Assembly: GCF_009834535.1 (NCBI RefSeq)
Contig: NC_045705.1
Span: forward strand, 63,798,001 to 63,862,000
Direction: 5' to 3'
DNA from: Camelus ferus
Taxonomy: Eukaryota
Length of the DNA: 64,000 bases
The position numbers were made by a program, and so were the translations under genes. The notes beneath the pieces were generated by a model. That model ran no database searches. It was given only the letters and a program-made list of their open reading frames with translations, and had not been told where the DNA came from. Each line of letters starts with the position of its first letter. The first letter of the stretch is position 1. Shown piece after piece: positions 47,001-55,800 of this stretch.

Positions 47001-48778
47001 TAGATTTTTAACTACTATAGTTATAGAATTATTTGAGCTTTCATGTTTCTTGAGTGAACACTTATATTTTTCTAGGAACTTGTATTTTCAAATCCTCAGG
47101 CTGTAGCTGACTAACCAAAGAACCGTCAAGGGGGGAGGGTATACATAGCTCAGTGGTACAGCACATGCTTAGCATGCACGAGGTCATGGGTTCAGTCCCC
47201 AGTATCTCCATCAAATAAAATAATAATAGCAAATAAATAAACCTAACCCCCCCCCCAAGAACTTATCTGTCAAAGCCTATCACATGTATCACCTGTTCTG
47301 TGAAGTCTTATTTTCCCCCAAGTTAATCACAGGATTTAAAATTATATAATCAAACTCTGATTAGTTGTTTTGTTTTTGTTGCAGGTAGTTTCAACTGAGT
47401 TCCAGTTTACATCTAAGCTAGGACAGTACTTGGCTGTACAGCAGCTGGCAAGCTAAATTTCTCTGTTGGCAGTGGGCATTACTTACACTCTTAGCCCTTG
47501 CACATGTCGGTGATAATGGGCTCATTTTATACTGTTTTGTCTGTCTTTGTATCCGCTCTTTACTCCCAGTGCTTAATTAAGGCTTGGGCATTCAGGAGAC
47601 TCCAAATCAATATTGGTTGAATATGCCAAGCAGGGAATTTTGGATGAGCCCTGTCCAGTATCAGAGATAAAAGTAGATCTTTCATGGGAAATGGTACTTG
47701 AGAGGCAATAAGCGAAAAAGAGGCACTCACTGCATTCTTCTCTCCCTTCCAGGCAGTAGAACGAGTCCTGTACCCACACCTGTCCACTTACTGGACAAAT
47801 TTGCAGGCTGTGCTAGACGATTATTCAGTATCAAATGCCCAGGTTAAAGCAGATGGGCACAAAGTCTACGGAGCCATTCTGGTGAGTGCCAGCCCCTTCC
47901 AGCCTCTCCTCTCCGTATGAGCTCAGTAGCTCAGCTACCTTACTTTGGAATACTTGATGGACCCGGGTTCCTCCTAGTCCTTGGGTATCCTGGTCCCTCT
48001 GCTCTTACAGGTGGCCGTAGAACGACTGCTGAAGATGAAGGCCCAGGCAGCAGAGCCCAACAAGGGTGGGCCAGGCTGCAGGGGGTGCCGGCGCTCGGAC
48101 GACCTGCCCTGGGAAAGCCTTCTGCAGGAGTCTCCCTCCGGGGGCAGCGCAGAGCCAGGCTTTGGGTCTGGTCTCCCGCTGCCGCCAGGAGGCGCGGGGC
48201 CGGAGGATCCTTCCCCTTCGGTGACCCTGGCGGACATCTACCGGGAGCTCTACGCCTTCTTTGGTGACAGCTTGGCCACCCGCTTCGGCACGGGTCAGCC
48301 CGCGCCAACGGCCCCGAGGCCGCCCGGGGACAAGAAGGAGCCGGCGGCCGCCCCGGACTCGGTGCGGAAGATGCCGCAGCTGACGGCCAACGCCATGGTC
48401 AGCCCACAGGGTGACGAGAGCCCCCGGGGCGGCGGTCCCCCGTCGGCCTCCGCGCCCGCCGCCTCTGAGAGCAGGCCGCTGCCCCGCGTGCATCGGGCGC
48501 GTGGGGCGCCCCGGCAGCAGGGCCCAGGCGCCGGCACCCGCGACGTCTTCCAGAAGAGCCGTTTCGCCCCGCGCGGCGCCCCCCACTTCCGTTTCATCAT
48601 CGCCGGGCGGCAGGCCGGGAGGCGATGCCGCGGGCGCCTCTTCCAGACTGCCTTCCCCGCGCCGTACGGGCCCAGTCCGGCCTCCCGCTACGTGCAGAAG
48701 CTGCCGATGATCGGCCGCACCGGCCGCCCGGCCCGCCGCTGGGCGCTCTCGGACTACTCGCTATACCTGCCGCTCTGA
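41020..48778 (+). CDS. TAF6L: TAF6-like RNA polymerase II PCAF/SAGA-associated factor, 618 aa, 10 coding exons
   Basis: Exons 41020-41166 (MSEREERRFVEIPRESVRLMAES, histone fold), 41516-41602, 42248-42398, 42553-42603, 43154-43248, 44508-44582, 44725-44945, 45306-45438, 47753-47881, 48011-48778 (ends ALSDYSLYLPL*). Phases are consistent. Confidence 0.97.
45672..45790 (-). mobile_element. tRNA-Ala-derived SINE in the long TAF6L intron 45439-47752
   Basis: aatggaggtactggggattgaacccagaacctcgtgcatgctaagc...actgagctaaaccctcc. Confidence 0.85.
45800..47100 (-). mobile_element. Old, degenerate LINE-1 fragments (AT-rich block) in TAF6L intron
   Basis: Abrupt AT-rich block with L1 antisense-type phrases (gggcatccttgtctc, attaaggaaatt, ggtcatgatata). 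Confidence 0.55.
47129..47258 (+). mobile_element. tRNA-Ala-derived SINE in the same TAF6L intron
   Basis: ggggagggtatacatagctcagtggtacagcacatgcttagcatgcacgagg...ccccagtatctcc. Confidence 0.85.
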
Positions 48779-48803
48779 GGCGGCGCTCGTCCCTACCTCG
48801 GAG

Positions 48804-48809
48804 AATAAA
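48804..48809 (+). terminator. TAF6L polyadenylation signal AATAAA
   Basis: Canonical hexamer 26 nt after the TAF6L stop codon. Confidence 0.75.
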
Positions 48810-48817
48810 GCCCGGCC

Positions 48818-48831
48818 CCGGAAGTGACGTC
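48818..48831 (+). promoter_or_regulatory. Overlapping ETS-CRE composite site CCGGAAGTGACGTC in the TMEM179B promoter
   Basis: Exact sequence about 80 nt upstream of the TMEM179B ATG, in a CpG island; GGGGCGGGG box at ~48859. Confidence 0.7.
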
Positions 48832-48912
48832 TTCGCGCTCGTGCGTCGCGCCGGATGAGGCGGGGCTTGGGGGCTGGCTCCCGCGGCGGCGCTTCTAGGT
48901 GGGGAGGGTGCT

Positions 48913-50918
48913 ATGGCGCTTCCGTGGTCACAGCGCGTTGAGCTCGCGCTCTTCGCTGCCGCCTTCCTGTGCGGAGCCTTGGCTGCCGCGGCGCTGACTC
49001 AAACCCAGGTGTGGCTGCGGGGCGAAGTCGGCCGTCGGGTCGGGTAGGCGGGGGACAGGTCGATTCTAATACGGAGACACCGCTGCTAAGGGCCGGTCGG
49101 GTCTCCGCGCGCTGCACCTTGCAGCCGGTGGGTGGGGTGAGGCCGGTCGGCTGCGGAGATGCATCGGGGCTCATCGCACCCTGTGGCTCCGTCGGCCCTC
49201 ATACTTCGAAGTCATTCCTTCGGCAGAGGAACGAGTCCTAGAGAGCATCTAACAGCATAGGTGGCTCCCGCTGCCTAACCTTACCCTGTTTCTGAAACAA
49301 GTTGACCCAGGCCCCCTTTAAATCAGACACTACTGTGCTGAGCTACACCAAGAAATAGAGCACAGTGTAGTGGAGGCGGTCAAAGTACCAAATGGCTGCA
49401 ACACAACGTGTTAAATGACAAGAGTGATGTAGCAAAAGACAATAATTTACATCGAGTTTTTACCCTAGCCAGACAATCGTGTTAATAAACAGGCTCATTT
49501 AATTCCTGTAAATAGGCACTATTATGCCTATCTTACAGATTAGAAAACATGGAGATAACTGGAGGTTACACGAGTTCTGGTTTTACTCTAGGATTTCTGC
49601 ACGAGGGGAGACCAGAACTTGTGAGGCACCTGAAGCTCATTGTATTTTATAACCACCGCCTATTTCCTGATCCTTCTGGTCACCGCAGGTTTGATTTCCC
49701 CAGCAGACCCATTAATCTACTGGCCCAGAAACAGGAACCGACAGTGCACAAATAACTTACTAGGGTGGCCCTGATCTAGATTATTCCTGACACCTGCCAT
49801 GCATCCATAGGCACTAGCTTGAAATCTAGCACTCAGTAGTTTCTTTCCACAGGGCTCCTTCAGTGGCAGCTGTCCCCTGTATGGTGTGGCCGCCCTGAAT
49901 GGCTCCTCCCTGGTTTTGTCCCGACCCTCGGCCCCATCCCTCTGCTACTTTGTGGCTGGGGCCTCTGGCCTGCTGGCCCTCTACTGTCTCCTGGTCCTGC
50001 TGTTCTGGGTCTACACCAGCTGCATCGAGGACTCCCACAGGTGACTGCCCACTCCGAGGGCCAGCGGTTGAGGTGGGAGGAGTCCCACCTCAACCACAAG
50101 GCTTACTCTCTCCCTCTTCATAGAGGCCCGAAAGGGCTCCGCATGGCGCTGGCCATCTCAGCTATAGCCATCTTCCTGGTCTTAGTGTCTGCTTGTATCC
50201 TTCGATTTGGCACCAGTTCCCTCTGCAAATCCATCATCCCCCTGAACATAACTACTAGGTAATGGGAGAGGGAGGGGAGCCTGGCTGGGGGTGATTACCT
50301 TCCCTCTGCAGACGGGATCCTATACTCCTCTTTTTATATCCCCATCAGTTCTGTCTCAAAGGGCACCTGAGTGCAAGGGTGTTTGGGGTATATCCCCCGT
50401 TTCTCACAACTGTCTCTTTGACCTCACAGCTGCTCTGATGCCCAGAAAACTCCATGGATACCCCCTGGAACCACTCTGCAGTTTTACTCCAACCTACACA
50501 ATGCTGAAGTGAGGTCCTGGGATGTAAAAGACTGGGTGGAGATTGAGGGATACACAGATTCGTATGATGAATCATATAATACAATCTGTAGTTGTAAAGG
50601 TGCTCACTAGTGTACTCTGAGCTTGGCCCACCAGCAAGAGGCTGAGAGATGCTGAAGGGCTTGACAGCCCAACAGTGAATAGCTAAGAGTGGTATGTGGG
50701 TGGAACGGGATTCGAGATGGCCCCACTCCTCACACTTCTGTTCCTGTCTCCCACAGACCTCTTCTTGGGTGAATCTGGTATTGTGGTGTGTGGTCTTGGT
50801 GCTCCAGGTCCTGCAGTGGAAGTCTGAAGCCACCCCATACCGGCCTCTGGAGAGGGGGGACCCTGAGTGGAGTTCTGAGACAGATGCTCTTGTTGGGCCA
50901 CGCCTTTCCCATTCCTGA
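48913..50918 (+). CDS. TMEM179B: Transmembrane protein 179B, 219 aa, 5 exons
   Basis: Exons 48913-49008 (MALPWSQRVELALFAAAFLCGALAAAALTQTQ), 49853-50040, 50124-50258, 50430-50508, 50757-50918 (TSSWVNLVLWCVVLVLQVLQWKSE...RLSHS*). 660 nt; four hydrophobic segments. Confidence 0.96.
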
Positions 50919-51238
50919 AGAATAACCAAAGAGTACTTCCTGCCGCCAAAGAATCCATGCCTAAGTGCCTGCAATCCTCTTGCCCCTACATAGCCTTGTG
51001 TATTCTGGGAGTCTGTTTTCCCTCCAGGAGGGAAACATGACGACAGGCCACCTCTTCCTCTCTTCCTATGGCTGTTTTTGTACCAAAGTATTATATTACT
51101 TTCTTCCTTCACCTCAGTACTGAGTTCTTGGTGTTACAGCACTGTGGGTAGGTGGATGGGAGTAATGGGTGAAGGCTAAAGAGGCATGATCAAAACTTAG
51201 AGGTACTGGCAGGTAGCTGCCCTGGGGATGACTGCTCT

Positions 51239-51244
51239 TTTATT
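51239..51244 (-). terminator. TMEM223 polyadenylation signal AATAAA
   Basis: TTTATT on the + strand, ~120 nt downstream of the TMEM223 stop. Confidence 0.65.
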
Positions 51245-51360
51245 TGCTGTTAATGAATTTTGTGGCCCCTTGTATGACCCTAGTTGTCACCCCATCCCTA
51301 AGGTTCAGTTTTTCTTCCCCTCTGGGAGGGGTGAGTGATCTGAGGTTGTTTCTTGTCTCT

Positions 51361-52380
51361 TCACAAGCTACGGTAGGCACCTACAGTGTTGTCAAAGAGT
51401 TTGGTATTGGGAAAATGTCCAGCTTTGTCCAAAAGAAAGTAGAAGCGCCGGCCTTTGACCTTCAGAGGCAGCATGGCAGGGACTTCACCCCGGTGGGCCA
51501 TGCAGGACACTTGGTTCAAGGGAACGGTGAAATGGGCACCCAAGCCAAAGGGGGCATGAGTGGTGAGGGTCACTTGCTTCCCTCCGGCCCTCAGGATCAC
51601 TGAGCGCACAGAGCGGAGGGAGAAGAGAAGACCAGCACCAAGTACCAGGGTACCTGAAGGAAGAGCAAAGATTGGGAACAGGGGCTTTCACTGGAGAGCT
51701 AAGCAGCAACCCTTCCAGTGCTCCCTGAACAAAATAAATAATTGTGATATTTACTTAGCTCCTCTTATACTCCAATCGTGTATTAGTCGCTCTCTCAACA
51801 GCCTTAAAAGATGTCCATCCTCATTTTAAAACACGAGAAAACGGGCCCAGAGCATAAGCACTAACTTGCTCAAGGTCAGAGAGAGGCAGACCTCAGCCTG
51901 AGCCTGTCCGAGTGCTTGGTACGCGGAAACTTACAACTCCAGTGTACTGCAGCTGCCCACCCCTCCTCATCCTGGAGAGTCGGGAGCCCCTTACTCTTGT
52001 CTGAGCAGGAAGGACTGTGCCCACCCACCGCGTCCCCGCGCCGGGAAGGCAGCCCACACCTTACCGATGGCACCACAGCCGACGGCCAGGCCGTACCGCC
52101 AGAGCGCAGAGCGAAGGTCCAGGCGGCTGCGATCTGGAGGCTCGGTGTCCGGAGGCCGGGCCGGGACCGGGGGGCGGGTCAAGGCTGCAATGGCCAGGGA
52201 GGCCCAGAAGACGCCCTGGCCAGTGCAGAACAGCCCGAGGGCAGTGAAGAAGCGGCCCCGTTCGTGCTCAAAGAGCAGCACGTCCCGTGGTGGGGTCACG
52301 TCATGCAGGGGCCGAAGCACCGGCAGGGACTTCAGCGCTAGGAATAGCCGCGCAGACCCCCGCCGCCCGTGTGCAGCCAT
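51361..52380 (-). CDS. TMEM223: Transmembrane protein 223 (mitochondrial inner-membrane protein), 202 aa, 2 exons
   Basis: Exon 1 52065-52380 (MAAHGRRGSARLFLALK...DVLLFEHERGRFF...GCGAIG, gtaag donor); exon 2 51361-51653 (TLVLGAGLLFSLRSVRSVILRAGG...FDNTVGAYRSL*). 609 nt. Confidence 0.96.
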
Positions 52381-52845
52381 GACCCTGCGCGCCGCATCCG
52401 GGGCGGGACTTCCTGCTATCGCCCCGCCCCCCTCAGGTTCCGTCTGTCAACCCCGGGCCCACCCCTGGGACTCTGTCCCCGCCCTTGCTGGCGGAAGGGG
52501 CAAGGCTAAAGCAATCCAGCACACTTGACACAAAATACAACATCACTCTTTATCTTAAAAAGTAGGGAGGATCTTGGGGTTAAGTACACAAAGCACCTAA
52601 GTCCTTCGGGTAGTTTAGTGTCAGTTCTACAAAGTAAGCTTTGGCTTCCTGGCACCAGAGAGGCTCAATCTCCTGGAAGTCTTCCAGAAGGCGGGTGAGG
52701 AGAGGGATCCAGCAGCCCTCCCTCTCCTCGGCTCGGTCACAGTCATAGGGTGGCCTCGGGCCGGAGAGGAGACAACCATGACAAGGAGACATCAATATAT
52801 TCACGGGCTATTTACAGAGGTCTTTTTCTGGGGCAAGACTATGGA

Positions 52846-55800
52846 TCACTTCATGAACGCCACTTCTGGGATCTCGCCCTTGGCCTTAGAGAAAAATAAA
52901 AGGTCAGTAGAGTCAGGTGGCTATGCCCCCAGCTTACTGGCCCCTCTTGAAGGCCTGGAGATCCCCTTTTCCCACCTAGTCCCAAACCTTACCTTGAGAT
53001 GAGTAAAGGCCTGGGCAGATCTGGTGTAATCCCAGTCGTTGTCCTGAAGGCACCTGGATTAGGGCAAGAACAGGCACCCCCATTAGAACCAAAATGCAGT
53101 CACCCTGATCAGTAAGTGCCACTTTAAAATCCAGTCTATGGAAACACTTGCCTGAGACTGCCAACAATTATATACATTCTTGCACTATTTATACAAATGA
53201 AAAATTTGTAAAGATCTTAATGTTCATCAATGGTCTTTCAAATACAAACAAATATTAAATTGCTATCTATTTCTATTAAGTAGCTAATAGAAACAAGGCT
53301 AAGGTAATTTTTATACAAATAGAAAAAGATGTAAGATGTTTACTGACAAGTAAGTGAACAGTATTAAAAAAAAGATACTTCATTTTGGCTTTACATTTAA
53401 TTATGCTAATTTCTGCATAGGGAAAATTTTTGTATGAACTTTTTTTAAGCAATAAAAAAAGTTCAAAGTTCCTGCTTTACAAATTTTAAGGGCATTCATT
53501 ATTCACTACCAGCCCTCCCTCAGTTTACCCCTATTCCTACACATGCTCAGTACTCACTTCTGGGACCACTCCAGGTTCATGCCAGACTGAGTAGAGAACG
53601 CCTGCAGCATCTCCTGCTGCTCTGGGGAGAGGGTGGGCACTGGGCTGGAGGAAGGTGTGGGAGCAGGCATGGCAAATGCTCTTTGGATCTCATCAGGGCT
53701 GGCGTTCCGCACAAACAGCTCGTCATTTACGATGCACAGCCTTGGGGACAGAAAGCACCTTAGACAGCTAGACAGAAAACCTCATCCTCCCAACATCATT
53801 CCTACTCTCACTGACACTTGACACTCAGATTCTTTCGATACCCAGAAGGCGCCTTTGTTATTTACCCCCTTTCCCATGGACTCCATGTATATGGGATCAT
53901 CTATCAAACACACCAGAATTATACATTCTCCCCCAACCCACAGTTCTTAGTCCTCATTCATCTTCACAAAAGACTTAGGATGTGAATATCATTAAATCAA
54001 TTTTCAGATGAGAAAACTTGCCCTTAGCTAGAAGTGGTGGAGCCAGGAGGAAAAACCCAGACAGTGGGCTATGGACTCCAGAGCTCTTCACCACTGTGTG
54101 AGCCTCCTCCGATCCCCTCTTGCCTTTCTGAAGTTCTGAAAATACCCAAAGGACTGGCTCCACTCTCCCTCATTTTCACACTGGTGGCCATGGATTGGGA
54201 CTGGGACCCCATATGGTAAGTCCAACACTCACCCTGAATTGCTGGCAGGAACAGCAACGAATGTCCGGGTAAAGGCTCGCAAAGAGTCCCGAGACTTTCC
54301 ATCCACTGCAGAGATAACAATGGTGACAACCCCTTAGAGTCACTCATGGTCTTATTTGATACAAAGATCCCTAAATGGGTAGACAGGGTTGATTATGTGT
54401 GCACAGGGAAGCAGAGCAGGGGAGGAGTGACAGGGGCCGGGGAGACAGTAACAGTAACATTATTATCGCACTAATAGAGGATGTGTGTGCTAGGCCTTTC
54501 TAGGTCACTTCATTTACTCCCCATAGCACCACTACGAGATGGCTATTACTAACCCCTTCCTTTTACAAATAAAGACTCGGGCTCAGAGGTGACATAAATT
54601 GCCCACAGACACCGAGGACCAAGATTGGGATGGAAGCTCAGACCTGCCTGACTCCAAAGTCTGTGTCTTTCTAATCCTCAGGCTTTTCCCATATCCCAGA
54701 CATGAAAGATGGGTGGAGAGGGTAGGCCAAATAAAGATGGCGTAGGGGCAGACTAGGAGAAGGAGGTTGGGGAGGAAGAGAGAAGAGAAGGTGGCTGGGA
54801 AGCCCAAAGTGCTGAGAATGACTAGCCGGGAGAGGGAACTCTGCTAACTCAGGACTCCAAAAATCCTTACCTTCCTTGAAGACTCCGTTGACAGAAAAAC
54901 ATAGCAATGTGCTCTGAAAGAGAAGCAGCAGTGTGCGTTACTGTCAGACTCCCAGCCAGAGCCCCTTGCCTCTTAACTGCCCCTTCCCCATTCCAGGCTT
55001 CTGTCAGGGAAGAATTAGGTGCTTACTGTCTGGGCGCTTATGTCTACCACAAAGGAATTGACGTCGTGCAGAGTTTTGGGCAACTCATTGAGGAAGGCCA
55101 CCACGTTGAGACGTGTGTGCTTCAGTAGCCGGAACCGCAGGGCTATGGACAGAGGAGAACTCAAGGTTAGGAGATGCCATGCACTCTGAGCCCAGACTGA
55201 TTCCATGCCATCTCCTTCTCCCAACTTATTTTGCTCACGTCACACACTTACTAGGGTCTTTAAGCTTCTTCACATTTCTGCTATCCTTGAAGTACTCGGC
55301 CAAGTTGCTTCTGGGGGAATGAGAGGAAAAGGAGGCAGTGGTCAGAGCAGTGTGGATGCTAGCAGGTGCTGACCTATACTTGTTGAGAAACTCTGGTCCT
55401 GGGCAGGTTATGGGATGTGACACTCACCGGGCGGGGTTCTGGGGGGTGAAAGGAATGCTCAGGGAGTAGCAGGCCCCATCATGGTAGGCATCCAGGAGCC
55501 GCTGCCGGTCTCCAGAGTCATAAACCGCATAGTACCTACGGGGAAACCAAAAGGGAAGGTCTGAGCTCCACGGTCTGTATCCACAAAGGGACTGATGGCT
55601 CCCAAGAGTAAGCCGTCCTGGGGCAGGCCCACCGCTCCCCAGCCTCAGGGGCCCTGGGACACTTACTGCTGCAAGAAGTGCAGGACCAGATTCTTCAGGG
55701 TCTCTGTTCCAAAATAGCTTCCCTGGAATCAAACAGATATTAGGACCATGTAAGCTGTACTCTCCTCCCAACACTATTTCTAACTCTGTGCCCACCTCCC

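Noticed and set aside
47940-48710. Antisense and alternate-frame ORFs (122-193 aa) over the TAF6L last exon
   Set aside because: Shadow ORFs of a very GC-rich coding exon.
53054-53125. Possible ortholog of a human mirtron recalled near the NXF1 3' exons (MIR6514)
   Set aside because: Only the polypyrimidine/acceptor arm is similar; I cannot find a complementary 5' arm, so a hairpin is not supported.
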